The notes beneath the pieces were generated by a model. The model had not been told where the DNA came from. It did no database searches and saw nothing but the letters and a program-made list of their open reading frames with translations. Positions 17,434-28,577 of a stretch of 64,000 nt of DNA are shown in pieces. Both the position numbers and the translations under genes were made by a program. The stretch lies in the NCBI GenBank assembly GCA_963814585.1, contig CAWFDF010000003.1, forward strand, positions 384,001 through 448,000. Reading direction: 5' to 3'. Every line of letters begins with the position of its first letter. The stretch's first letter is position 1. This DNA comes from an uncultured delta proteobacterium. Its GTDB lineage: Bacteria; Myxococcota; Myxococcia; Myxococcales; Anaeromyxobacteraceae.

Positions 17434-18837
17434 ATGGGACCACTGCGAACCGCCGCGCCGCTCGTGCAGCTGGCCATCGTGGCCCTGGCCCTCTCCTGCA
17501 GCGTGACCCCGGAGGCCGCCACCCCGGATCCAGGCCCGGGTCCCGACGCCAGCCGCATCACGGGGACGATCGCGGACGCCGCCGGCACCGGCACGCCCGG
17601 CGTGACGGTGACGCTGGCCGGGGCCTCGCTGGCCACGGCCACCACCGATCAGGGCGGCAGGTACGCGTTCCTCGGCCTCCCCGACGGGCCCTTCCAGGTG
17701 ACGCCGGCCAGGACCGGATACACCTTCTCCCCGTCGAGCCGGACGGTCACCGTGCAGGGGAGCGAGGCCGCGGCGCAGGACTTCACCGCCACCCGGACGG
17801 GTGGAGCGGGTGGCGGCGGCCCTCTCCTCAGCTGGCTGCGCCCCGTCCACGTCTCCGGGGGGGTGGCCTCGCGGTGCAACGACGGGAAGTACGGGCAGGA
17901 CTTCTACGGGGTCGGGACCGGCGTCGACAACCGCTGGTCCTCGGGCTCCCCGGCCTGGTGCGCCATCCACCTCGGGACCACCACGGCGACCACGGTGCTG
18001 GTGGGGCTTTCGGACGAGACCGGGGCCGACGGCATCGAGGGGACCCCGGGCTTCGCCGACTACGCGCTGCAGGCGAGCGCCGACTCCACCGACGGGGCCG
18101 ACGGCACCTGGAGCCCGCCGATCGCGGTGACCGGGAATCGATTCGCCTACCGAGAGCACCTGGTCGGCTTCGCCGGGATGCAGTGGATCCGGATCTCCAT
18201 CGCGGCGCCGGCCACCGCGAGCCTCGACGATCTCGAGGTCTGGGACGTCTCGGATGCCGCGGCCGACGCCCTGGCCTGGGTGGGAGACTCGATCACCGCC
18301 CGCTGCTCGGCGCGAAGCGGCGGTTTCGGCGCCGACCCGTCGTTCCAGGCCGCGGTGCTGGCGGCCGCGCCGCCACATTACCCGCTGCAGATCGGCGCGG
18401 GCGCCGTGGGCGTCACCGCCAGGGACGTCGTCTCCGGAAGCCCATCGCGCCTGGACACCTACCTCTCGCTCTTCCCGCACGTGAGGTTCTGGGGGATCGC
18501 CCTCGGCACCAACGACGCCGCCAACGACGTCCCCAGCGCCACCTTCCAGGCCAGCCTGCAGGCCCTGGTGGATCGGGTCAGGGCCGGCGGGCACGTGCCC
18601 ATCATCGCCCGCATCCCGTACACGTCCGACCCGGCCTATGGCGCCCAGGTGGCCCGCCTCAACGGCGTGGTGGACGCCGTCACCGCCCTCAACGGCCTCA
18701 CGCCCGGGCCCGACCTGTACACCCTCTTCCAGCAGCACCAGGCCGCCTACTACGACTCGGACCCGGTGCACCCGAACAAGGACGGCTGCACGGCCTGGCA
18801 GCGGGCCTGGGCGCAGGTGCTGGTGCCGCTCCTGTGA
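17434..18837 (+). CDS. Lipoprotein SGNH/GDSL hydrolase with N-terminal carboxypeptidase-regulatory-like and discoidin-like domains
   Basis: LALSC lipobox; TTDQGGRYAFLGLPDG beta-sandwich; SGNH blocks WVGDSIT, LGTND and DPVHPN. Confidence 0.8.
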   Translation: MGPLRTAAPLVQLAIVALALSCSVTPEAATPDPGPGPDASRITGTIADAAGTGTPGVTVTLAGASLATATTDQGGRYAFLGLPDGPFQVTPARTGYTFSPSSRTVTVQGSEAAAQDFTATRTGGAGGGGPLLSWLRPVHVSGGVASRCNDGKYGQDFYGVGTGVDNRWSSGSPAWCAIHLGTTTATTVLVGLSDETGADGIEGTPGFADYALQASADSTDGADGTWSPPIAVTGNRFAYREHLVGFAGMQWIRISIAAPATASLDDLEVWDVSDAAADALAWVGDSITARCSARSGGFGADPSFQAAVLAAAPPHYPLQIGAGAVGVTARDVVSGSPSRLDTYLSLFPHVRFWGIALGTNDAANDVPSATFQASLQALVDRVRAGGHVPIIARIPYTSDPAYGAQVARLNGVVDAVTALNGLTPGPDLYTLFQQHQAAYYDSDPVHPNKDGCTAWQRAWAQVLVPLL

Positions 18838-18905
18838 GGCCCGGCCGCCAGGCGAGTGACGCGCGTGGCCGCCCTGCGCCGAGCCGCGTGTGGTAGGCGT
18901 GACGC

Positions 18906-20210
18906 ATGGGACACCTCGGGCGCCTCAAGTCGGAGTACCGCGACCTCGCCGATCGGCTGCAGGCCGGGCCGGTGGCCTACCCGGAGCCGGACGACCCGGC
19001 CGCCCGCGAGGGCTGGCGGGAGATCCTCGAGATCCTCTACACCCCCGAGGAGGCGGCGCTGGCGGCGCGGCTGCCGGTTCGTCCCATGTCGCTGGAGAAG
19101 CTCGCGGCCCGGGTGGGCCTCCCGGCCGAGGCGCTGCGCCCCCGGCTCGAGGCCATGGCCGACAAGGGGCTGGTGATGGACCTGGTCCATGCCGGCACCG
19201 GCCGCACCGCCTGGTTCCTCTCGCCGCCGGTGGTCGGCTTCTTCGAGTACTCGCTGATGCGCGCCTCCGACTCGGTCCCCAAGAAGCGGATGGCCGAGGC
19301 CCTCCACGCCTACACCCACGGCGACGAGGCCTTCGCCCGCGAGGCCTTCGGCGGCGCCACCGTCATCGGCCGGGCCCTGGTCCACGAGACGGCGCTGGCC
19401 GACGACCCGCTCCCCGAGGTGCTCGACTGGCAGCGGGCCACCGGCGTGATCGGCGACGCCCGCGCCTGGGCGGTCTCGCTCTGCTACTGCCGGCACAAGG
19501 CCGAGCACCTCGGCGAGGCCTGCGGCGCCCCCATGGACAACTGCCTCTCGGTCAACGGCGGCGCCGAGTTCGTCGTCCGGCGCGGCTTCGGCCGGGCCGT
19601 CGGGAAGGGCGAGGCGCTGGAGCTGCTGGCCCGCTCGCGCGAGGCCGGGCTGGTGCAGATCGCCGACAACGTCCAGCACCGCCCCACCTTCGTCTGCAAC
19701 TGCTGCGGCTGCTGCTGCGAGCAGCTGCAGGGGGCCAACCGCTGGGGGCTGGCCTCGGTCAACCCCAGCGGCTTCGCGCCCCGCCGCGAGGCGGCCTCCT
19801 GCAACGGCTGCTCCCGCTGCGCCCGGGCCTGCCCGGTGGCGGCCATCCAGATGGTGCCGGAGCGGCAGGCCGGGAAGCCGAGGAACGGCCTGGCGCCCGC
19901 CATCGACGGGGCCCGCTGCATCGGCTGCGGGGTCTGCGCCACCGCCTGCCACCAGGGGGCGCTGAGGATGGAGGAGGGGGGCTCGCCTCGCCAGGTGCCG
20001 GCCACCGCCGTGGAGCGGATGGTCCGCATGGCCATCGAGCGCGGGCGGCTGGCCGACCTGCTCTTCGACGAGGGGGCCGGGGCGGGGAGCCGCTTCCTGC
20101 ACCACGCGGTGCGGGCCCTCACCAACCTCCCGGTGGCGTCGAGGGCCATGGCCAGCGAGCAGGTGACGTCGCGCTTCGTGAGGGCCGCGCTGGCCGGGTT
20201 CAAGGGGTAG
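18906..20210 (+). CDS. 4Fe-4S dicluster domain protein
   Basis: CYCRH, CNCCGCCC, CNGCSRCARACP and CIGCGVCATACH. Confidence 0.9.
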   Translation: MGHLGRLKSEYRDLADRLQAGPVAYPEPDDPAAREGWREILEILYTPEEAALAARLPVRPMSLEKLAARVGLPAEALRPRLEAMADKGLVMDLVHAGTGRTAWFLSPPVVGFFEYSLMRASDSVPKKRMAEALHAYTHGDEAFAREAFGGATVIGRALVHETALADDPLPEVLDWQRATGVIGDARAWAVSLCYCRHKAEHLGEACGAPMDNCLSVNGGAEFVVRRGFGRAVGKGEALELLARSREAGLVQIADNVQHRPTFVCNCCGCCCEQLQGANRWGLASVNPSGFAPRREAASCNGCSRCARACPVAAIQMVPERQAGKPRNGLAPAIDGARCIGCGVCATACHQGALRMEEGGSPRQVPATAVERMVRMAIERGRLADLLFDEGAGAGSRFLHHAVRALTNLPVASRAMASEQVTSRFVRAALAGFKG

Positions 20211-21377
20211 ATGGAGGCCGACCTGCCGGCGCACCGGGAGCTCTGCCTGCGCTGCCGGCGGCCGGGGCGGGCCTGCTGGTGCCCGCACCTGCGCCCGGTG
20301 GAGAGCGCCACCCGGGCCTGCATCCTCCAGCACCTGGGCGAGCGCAAGACCGCCATCGGCACCGCCCGCATGGCCCACCTCTCGCTGCCCAACTCCGAGC
20401 TGCACCTGGGGGTCTGCTTCGAGGACCACCCGCGGGTGCGGGAGGTGGCGGCGGCGCCGGGAACCGCGCTGCTCTTCCCGGGGGAAGGGGCGCTGGACCC
20501 GGCCACGCTGCGGGCCCGGCCGCCGGCCACGGTGATCGTGGTGGACGGCACCTGGTCGCAGGCGCGCCAGGTCATCAAGCGGAACCCCTTCCTGCAGGCC
20601 CTGCCGCGCCTGGCCTTCACGCCGGAGCGGCCCAGCAACTACCGGATCCGGGCCGAGCCATCGGCGGCGTGCGTCTCCACCATCGAGGCGCTCGTCCACC
20701 TGCTGGGCGCGGTGGAGGGCGCGCCGGAGCGGTTCCGGCCCATCCTCGAGGCCTTCGACCGGATGATCGACCTGCAGATCGCCGAGCGCGAGCGGCGCAC
20801 CGGCCCGCCGCGGCGGCGGGCCCGGCCGCGGGCGCGGCGCCCTCGCGTCGACGTGACGGTGGCGGCGCTGCGGTCGAGGTCGCCCGACGTGGTCGCCATC
20901 TACGCCGAGGCCAACGCCTGGGCGACCGGCAGCCCGGTCGAGGGCGAGGCCGAGCTGATCCAGCTGGTGGCCGCCCGGCCGCACACCGGCGAGAGGTTCG
21001 AGGCGGTGCTGGCGCCGCGGCGGCCGCTGGGTCCGGGCGTGGCCTCGCACCTCGAGCTGGCCGGCGCCCGGCTGACGGGCGGGGAGCCGGCGGTCCGGGC
21101 GCTGGAGCGCTTCGAGGCCTTCCTGCGACCGGGCGACCTCTACTGCGGCTGGGGGCCGTACGCGCTCGGGCTGCTCGAGGCCGAGGGAGCTCCGCGGCGC
21201 GACTTCGCCGACCTCCGCCTGGCCTGCGCCCGCCTGCTGGCGCGGCGTCCGGGCGGGGTCGAGCAGGCGGTGCGGCTGCTGGGCCGGACCGAGCTGCCAC
21301 CGCCCGCCGGGTCCGGCCGGGCGGGGCGGCGGCTGGCCTCGCTGCTGGAGGTCCATCGCCTGCTGCTGGAGCGGTAG
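20211..21377 (+). CDS. DTW-domain protein (TapT-like tRNA aminocarboxypropyltransferase) with extra C-terminal domain
   Basis: CLRC..ACWCP zinc knuckle, IGTARM, LLFPG, VVDGTWSQA (DXTW), YRIR, STIEA. Confidence 0.88.
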   Translation: MEADLPAHRELCLRCRRPGRACWCPHLRPVESATRACILQHLGERKTAIGTARMAHLSLPNSELHLGVCFEDHPRVREVAAAPGTALLFPGEGALDPATLRARPPATVIVVDGTWSQARQVIKRNPFLQALPRLAFTPERPSNYRIRAEPSAACVSTIEALVHLLGAVEGAPERFRPILEAFDRMIDLQIAERERRTGPPRRRARPRARRPRVDVTVAALRSRSPDVVAIYAEANAWATGSPVEGEAELIQLVAARPHTGERFEAVLAPRRPLGPGVASHLELAGARLTGGEPAVRALERFEAFLRPGDLYCGWGPYALGLLEAEGAPRRDFADLRLACARLLARRPGGVEQAVRLLGRTELPPPAGSGRAGRRLASLLEVHRLLLER

Positions 21378-21381
21378 CGCG
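21303..21381 (+). repeat. 79-bp imperfect direct repeat, copy 1 (3' end of the DTW gene including its stop)
   Basis: 73/79 identical to 22145-22223 by manual alignment. Confidence 0.95.
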
Positions 21382-21411
21382 AGCGCGGCTCGCTCGGCAG
21401 TGGCCCGCGCA

Positions 21412-22098
21412 TCACCTGGCCGCCGGCGCGACCTTCCACTCGATGCAGTGGCCCCACGGGCAGGCGAGACCCGGCGAGCACTCGGCGGACCAGGTGCACT
21501 TCTCCCCGAACCGCCTGGAAGGCGACAGCTTGGCCGGCGCCGGCGGGCGCGGTGACCGGCAGTCCGCCAGGGCCCATGTCACGAGCTGCGGGGTCGGCTG
21601 CGCCTCGGCGGCCTCCAGGCACCGCGCCTGCGCCTCGCTCTCGGACCGGGCCGCCTCCCGCGCCGCCCGGGCCGGGTCCAGGCAGTCCTCCACCATCGAC
21701 TGCTGCGGAGCGTAGGCGTTCGGCAGGGACTCGCCCTTCCTCAGGGCGAAGTGGAGGGTCTCCGGCTCGTTGTGGTACCAGGCGCCGGTGGCGGCGTCGA
21801 AGATGACCGGGAAGATGCCGCAGAGGATGTCCAGCAGGAGCCACCCCGCGCCGAGCGTGCTGTAGGTGGCGGCGGCGGCCGGCTGGTGATCGGGCATGCG
21901 CAGCTCGACGACGTAGCTGTTCCTGGACGGCAGCGTGAGCGTGACCGGCGTGTAGCCGCTGGGGACGCCGTTCACGTACACGGGAGCGCAGACCGGCTCC
22001 GAGGTCACCCGGATGCTGGACTGGTCCCCCTTGAACACCGTGGCGCAACTCGTCGATGCCAGGAGCAGCGCAGCCAGCCAGCGGTGTCCAGTTCGCAC
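21412..22098 (-). CDS. PEGA-domain lipoprotein with Cys-rich C-terminus
   Basis: GTG 22098 after GGAGG; LLLASTSC lipobox then ATVFKG; IRVTSEP..APVYVNG..GYTP PEGA signature; C-terminal CTWSAECSPGLACPWGHC. Confidence 0.75.
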   Translation of the reverse strand: MRTGHRWLAALLLASTSCATVFKGDQSSIRVTSEPVCAPVYVNGVPSGYTPVTLTLPSRNSYVVELRMPDHQPAAAATYSTLGAGWLLLDILCGIFPVIFDAATGAWYHNEPETLHFALRKGESLPNAYAPQQSMVEDCLDPARAAREAARSESEAQARCLEAAEAQPTPQLVTWALADCRSPRPPAPAKLSPSRRFGEKCTWSAECSPGLACPWGHCIEWKVAPAAR

Positions 22099-22144
22099 GG
22101 TCTCGGCCTCCGTGAGGAATGTACCACCGTCCACCCCGCTGTCC

Positions 22145-22223
22145 CCCGCGGGGTCCGGGAGGGCGGGGCGGCGGCTGGCCGCGCTGCTGGAGGTCCATCG
22201 CCTGCTGCTGGGTCGGTAGCGCG
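22145..22223 (+). repeat. 79-bp imperfect direct repeat, copy 2 (orphan DTW 3' end)
   Basis: Encodes PAGSGRAGRRLAALLEVHRLLLGR* versus PAGSGRAGRRLASLLEVHRLLLER* in copy 1. Confidence 0.95.
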
Positions 22224-22237
22224 GTAGAGTGCCCGGC

Positions 22238-23107
22238 ATGCCAGGCCGCACGCAGAAGAAGGGGGCCGAGGCGGCGCGCGAGCTCGCTCCGGGCCAGTCT
22301 CCGGAGCTCCTCAAGGCCCTCCACATCCTCACCCGCGACGGCCATCTCAACGCCGACAGCCTGCGCAAGCTCAAGCAGGTGAACCACCTGGCCCGGCTGC
22401 TGGCGCCGGCGCTCGACGACGTGCTCACGCGCTTCGGCGACCCGGTGGTGGTCGACTGCGGCGCCGGCAAGAGCTACCTCGGCTTCGTCCTCTACGAGCT
22501 CTTCCTGAAGCAGGCGGGGAAGGGGACGCTCCACGCCATCGAGTCGCGCGGCGAGCTGGTGGAGCAGGCGCGGGCGCTGGCGGCCCGCCTCGGCTTCACC
22601 CGCATGCGCTTCGAGCAGTCCGAGATCGGCGCGGCGGCGCCGCCGGCCCGGGTCCACCTGGTCACGGCGCTCCACGCCTGCGACACCGCCACCGACGACG
22701 CGCTGGCGCTCGCCATCCGCCACGGGGCCGACCACGTGGCGGTGGTGCCGTGCTGCCAGGCCGAGGTGGCCGCCCAGCTCGGCCGCGCCGAGGCGCCGTC
22801 CCCCCTGCTGGCCTCGCTCTTCGAGCACGCCTGGCACCGGCGCGAGTTCGGCTCGCACCTCACCAACGTGGTCCGGGCGCTGGCGCTCACGGCCAGCGGC
22901 TACTCGGTGACGGTGACCGAGCTGGCTGGCTGGGAGCACTCGCTCAAGAACGAGCTGATCCTGGGCAAGAAGGTCCGGGCTGGCGACGCCCGGGCCCGGG
23001 CCAGGCTCCTGGCGCTCTGCGAGGCGGCCGGGGTGAAGCCGAAGCTGGTGCGGCTGCTCTGGCCGAAGGGCGAGGCGGCCACCGGCCCGGCCGCCGAGGG
23101 CTCGTAG
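22238..23107 (+). CDS. Class I SAM-dependent methyltransferase (Methyltrans_32-like)
   Basis: VVDCGAGKSYLGF, TALHACDTATD, VPCCQ, EHSLKNELI. Confidence 0.9.
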   Translation: MPGRTQKKGAEAARELAPGQSPELLKALHILTRDGHLNADSLRKLKQVNHLARLLAPALDDVLTRFGDPVVVDCGAGKSYLGFVLYELFLKQAGKGTLHAIESRGELVEQARALAARLGFTRMRFEQSEIGAAAPPARVHLVTALHACDTATDDALALAIRHGADHVAVVPCCQAEVAAQLGRAEAPSPLLASLFEHAWHRREFGSHLTNVVRALALTASGYSVTVTELAGWEHSLKNELILGKKVRAGDARARARLLALCEAAGVKPKLVRLLWPKGEAATGPAAEGS

Positions 23108-23235
23108 CACGGCCCACGCCGCGCAGCGCAGGGTGGGCTGGCCGCACGGCGTCGGGCTCAGGCCGGCTCGCGGGTGCGGGAGGCGGTGTCCGGGAGGCGG
23201 TTGACCGGCCGCCGCACCGGTGGGACGCTCCGGCC

Positions 23236-23565
23236 ATGCGCACGCCAGCCGCCTTCGCCCTCGCCGTCACCCTCCTCGCCCTGGGAGCGGCTCCGGCCGC
23301 GGCCGATGACGGCACCATCAAGCTGGTGCTGGAGGTCGGCCAGAAGGCCACCGTGGGTGGCGCCAGCGGGAAGTGCGACGACGTGAGCGTCGCCACCATC
23401 ACGCTGGACGCGCAGGCCGTCATCACCGCGCTCAGGCCGGGCAGGACCACCTGCTCGGCCCGGGTGGGCGGGCTCCTCCGCGTCTACGACGTCAAGGTCG
23501 TGGCCCCGGCGCCCGGCGGCGATCCCACAGCGCCGGCCAGGCCCGGCGACGCCACGGGGCGGTAG
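23236..23565 (+). CDS. Small secreted protein (Ig-like / pilus-assembly N-terminal-like)
   Basis: Signal peptide MRTPAAFALAVTLLALGAAPAAA; KCDDVSVA..ITALRPGRTTCS. Confidence 0.6.
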   Translation: MRTPAAFALAVTLLALGAAPAAADDGTIKLVLEVGQKATVGGASGKCDDVSVATITLDAQAVITALRPGRTTCSARVGGLLRVYDVKVVAPAPGGDPTAPARPGDATGR

Positions 23566-23593
23566 GTCCACGGCCGGGGAGCCGCGGGCACCT

Positions 23594-25193
<1,600 letters not shown>

Positions 25194-25242
25194 GGGGAGG
25201 CGGGTTCTAGCGGATGGCGGGCCGGACCGGAAGCCCCGTCCC

Positions 25243-27099
25243 CTACTTCCCGAACACCTTCAAGATCCTGGGCGCGGCGGCGGAGAACCTGGCCTCGCCG
25301 TCCGGCAGCGGCCGGTCGAAGGGATCGGTGATGGTGACGCCGCCGAAGCCGGCGTCGATGCCGCTGAAGGCCACCTTGAGATCCTTCCCGATGGCGGCGA
25401 ACTTCGGCTCCCAGCCGACCGTGGTGAGCACGAACCGGTCCTCCGGCGCCTCGAACATCGACAGCCCGGCGGCGTAGCTCTCGGCCGGGTGGGTATCCCC
25501 CAGCAGGGACAGCAGCGTCGGCACCACGTCGGCGTGGCTGGTCGGTGCGTCGCGCCGACCCACCGGCACGCCCTCGCCCATCACCACCATGGGGACGTGG
25601 AGCTGCTGCACCGTGAGCGCCGAGCCGTGGCCGACGTGCCCCTGCTCCCGCATCTCCTCACCGTGGTCGCCGGTGACGATCACCAGCGGCTTGCGGCCGC
25701 GCCTCAGCTCCATCCAGGTGAGGAACTCGTCCACCTTCATGTCGGCCTCGAAGGCCGAGTTGCGGGCGCGGTTGAGGATGAGGTCGCCGGGGGCCTCGCT
25801 GGCCTTGAGGATCCCCTGGCCGTTCCAGACCGGCGAGAACTTCGCCGCCCGCTCGGGGTAGGTGTAGTTGAAGTGGGTCCCCACGAAGAAGAGGAAGAGG
25901 AAGACCGGCTTGTCCCCGGCCTGCTCCACGAAGCGGCGCCCTTCCCTCAGCATGGCCGCGTCGGTCTGCTCCGGGTTGAGGTCCTTCGGCCAGTCGGTCT
26001 CCAGCGACTGCGTCACGTCGCCGAAGACCTGCTCGCGCAGCCCCATCCAGTCGACCGACGAGGCGGCCAGGAACTTGGACTGGTAGCCGTTGGCGGAGAA
26101 GGCGCGGAAGAGGAGCGGCTTGCGGCCGGCCCCGACCACGGCGTCGAGCTTGTGGGCCTCGAGCCCGAAGATCAGGCCGAAGACCGTGAAGTAGGTGGTC
26201 GGCGCCAGCGCGTAGTGCCGCTCGAAGACGGTGCCCCCGGCGGCGGCCCGCGCCGAGAGCAGCGGCATGACCTGCGGGTCGAGGTAGTCGGCCCGGGCGC
26301 TCTCCAGCAGGACGAAGACCACGTCGGGCGTCCTGGTGAACTTCACCGAGGCCGGGTCGATGCCGGGCGGCAGCTTCACCGCGCTCTCTCCCGAGAGCCC
26401 CTGGAGCGGGCTGCCCAGCACGGCCCGGCCGGTCAGCTTCTCCCAGAACTTCCCCATCCGGACCGGCACCTGCAGCGGCAGGGCCTGGCCGGCCGCGAAG
26501 ACGCCCGGCCCGCCGAAGAAGGCGACGCTGGCCGAGTAGACCCGCTCGCCGGCGGCCAGCAGCAGCAGCGCCAGCGCCACCTTCCAGACCGGCTTCGGGG
26601 AGGTGAAGCGCCGCAGGAACCAGGTGCCGACCACCACCTCGGCGACCAGCCAGCCCAGCCCCTGGGCCAGAAACCATGCCACGTCGGACGCGGGGATCCC
26701 GGTCTCGCGAAGCGCGCTGGGCTGGATGGCCACGCGCAGGAAGAACCCGTTGATGTGGAACCCGACCGCCGCGTAGGTGCGGGCGTCGATGGCCAGCACC
26801 AGGGTGGCCAGGGCGGTCAGGACCGGGAAGCTCCAGCGGAAGAGCCGGCGCGAGACCGAGAGCGGCAGGGCCACGGCCCAGAGCGCCACCGAGAGTGTCA
26901 GCGCCTGGACCGCGAAGGCCGGGTAGAGCAGCCTCTGGAAGCCCTCGGGGACGGCGCGCAGCGCCTGGGCGATGGGGCCGGAGTAGAGCCAGAGGAAGGC
27001 CGGGACGTGGAGGACCGCCCACACCAGCCCGGGCCACCGGGGGGAGTGTCCACCGGCCGGGGCGGGCTGGTCCAGGTCCTCGGTGTCTTGGAAGGCCAT
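25243..27099 (-). CDS. Membrane-anchored sulfatase-like / alkaline-phosphatase-superfamily protein (YejM/LtaS-like)
   Basis: About five N-terminal TMs with GFHING; VVFVLLESARAD, THFNY, VTGDHGEE, GHG, TSHADVVPTL. Confidence 0.85.
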   Translation of the reverse strand: MAFQDTEDLDQPAPAGGHSPRWPGLVWAVLHVPAFLWLYSGPIAQALRAVPEGFQRLLYPAFAVQALTLSVALWAVALPLSVSRRLFRWSFPVLTALATLVLAIDARTYAAVGFHINGFFLRVAIQPSALRETGIPASDVAWFLAQGLGWLVAEVVVGTWFLRRFTSPKPVWKVALALLLLAAGERVYSASVAFFGGPGVFAAGQALPLQVPVRMGKFWEKLTGRAVLGSPLQGLSGESAVKLPPGIDPASVKFTRTPDVVFVLLESARADYLDPQVMPLLSARAAAGGTVFERHYALAPTTYFTVFGLIFGLEAHKLDAVVGAGRKPLLFRAFSANGYQSKFLAASSVDWMGLREQVFGDVTQSLETDWPKDLNPEQTDAAMLREGRRFVEQAGDKPVFLFLFFVGTHFNYTYPERAAKFSPVWNGQGILKASEAPGDLILNRARNSAFEADMKVDEFLTWMELRRGRKPLVIVTGDHGEEMREQGHVGHGSALTVQQLHVPMVVMGEGVPVGRRDAPTSHADVVPTLLSLLGDTHPAESYAAGLSMFEAPEDRFVLTTVGWEPKFAAIGKDLKVAFSGIDAGFGGVTITDPFDRPLPDGEARFSAAAPRILKVFGK

Positions 27100-27199
27100 G
27101 CGGAGGGCACCCTAGCCAATGTCGGCGCGCTGCGCCAACCGCCGAGGACCGGCCCGGCCGTGGTAATCAGGGAGGCAGTTCCCTCGTGAACGAGCCTCG

Positions 27200-27937
27200 A
27201 TGACGCCACCCCTCCTCTCCCGCCTCGGCTGGGCCCGGACCGCCACCCCCGTCCACGGCCACGAGGTCACCACCGTGGAGCTCCCTGGCCACGGTCCGGT
27301 GCGCCTGGCGCGATGGCTCCACCCCGACGCCCGCCGGGCGCCGGCGACCCTGGAGGCGGAGCGCATCGCGGCCCTGCGCGCCCACCTCCGGCCGGGGGAC
27401 GTGGCGGTGGTGATCGGCGCCGCCGGAGGCGCTGAGGCCCTCGAGCTCGGGCTGGCCGTCGGCCGGGAGGGCGCGGTGGTGGCCCTCGAGGCCGACCGGG
27501 ACGTCTTCCCGGTGCTGGCCGCCAACGGCGCCCTCAACCGCGACCAGGTCCAGCTGCTCCCCCACCTCGTCGCCGTGGCCCGCCCCGACGCGCCTCCGCC
27601 ACCCTTCGGCGTCCCGGCCCAGCCGCTGGAGCCGTTCCTGCGGACCCGGCACGCCGACCTGATCGATCGTCTCCGCTGGATCTCGATCCGCTTCGGCGCC
27701 AACGGCCCGTCGCTGTTCGAGGCCGTCCGCCCGCTGCTGGTCTCCTGCCGGCCGGTGCTGCGCTGCGCGATGGGCCGGACCGCCCGCCGTTCGCAGCGGC
27801 AGGCGCTGCTCACCGCCCTCGGCGAGCTGGGGTACCGCCTGGAGCGATTCGCCGGGAACGGCGCGGGCCCTGGCGAGCCGATCACCGCCGCCAACGTGAT
27901 GCGCTGGAAGCAGCTCGACGCGCTGGCCGTGCCTTGA
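27200..27937 (+). CDS. Divergent FkbM-like methyltransferase-fold protein
   Basis: LRPGDVAVVIGAAGG..LAVGREGAVVALEAD..LAANGALN resembles the FkbM N-terminus, but key acidic residues are absent. Confidence 0.55.
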   Translation: MTPPLLSRLGWARTATPVHGHEVTTVELPGHGPVRLARWLHPDARRAPATLEAERIAALRAHLRPGDVAVVIGAAGGAEALELGLAVGREGAVVALEADRDVFPVLAANGALNRDQVQLLPHLVAVARPDAPPPPFGVPAQPLEPFLRTRHADLIDRLRWISIRFGANGPSLFEAVRPLLVSCRPVLRCAMGRTARRSQRQALLTALGELGYRLERFAGNGAGPGEPITAANVMRWKQLDALAVP

Positions 27938-27949
27938 GGAGGACGTCGC

Positions 27950-28573
27950 ATGGTCGATCAGCCCGCCCGCTCCCGCCTCGGTGACGTCCTGGTCGACGCC
28001 CGGGTGCTGACCGGCGAGCAGCTCGAGCGCGCCCTCGCCGAGCAGCGGGCCTGGGGCGGCCGGCTCGGCCAGATCCTGCTCAACCTCGGGCTCGTGGAGG
28101 AGTGGACGCTGGCCTCGGCGATCGCCCGGCAGCTCGGGCTCCGGCTGGTCGACCTCGACCGGATGACCTTGACGGCGAACGTCAGCCAGCTCCTGCCCCT
28201 GGGGGTGGCCGAGCGGTACGGGGTCATGCCGCTGGGGCGGCGCGAGGAGCCGCGGCGGCTGCTGCTGGCGTGCTTCGATCCGACCATGGTCGAGGCGCTG
28301 ACCGAGGCGCGGCGAGCCTCCGGCCTCCACGTCGAGGCCTACGTCGCCACCTCCTCCGCCATCGAGCGGGCCATCCGCCGCGTCTACTACGGCGAGGCCT
28401 CTCCCGAGGCCATCCCCGGCTCCGGCGCCTTCAGCATCACCCGCAACACCCGCGACCCCTCCGCGGGCGGCACCATGACCGAAGACGTGATGGAGCGGGT
28501 CGCCGAGCTGGAGCGCGAGGTGGAGAAGCTGAAGCAGCTGGTCGACACGCTCATCCGGCCCAGGCCGCGCTGA
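27950..28573 (+). CDS. Stand-alone GspE-N/MshEN-domain protein
   Basis: RLGDVLVDARVLTGEQLERALAEQ..RLGQILLNLGLV tandem MshEN motif; no ATPase domain; C-terminal coiled coil. Confidence 0.85.
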   Translation: MVDQPARSRLGDVLVDARVLTGEQLERALAEQRAWGGRLGQILLNLGLVEEWTLASAIARQLGLRLVDLDRMTLTANVSQLLPLGVAERYGVMPLGRREEPRRLLLACFDPTMVEALTEARRASGLHVEAYVATSSAIERAIRRVYYGEASPEAIPGSGAFSITRNTRDPSAGGTMTEDVMERVAELEREVEKLKQLVDTLIRPRPR

Positions 28574-28577
28574 TCCC

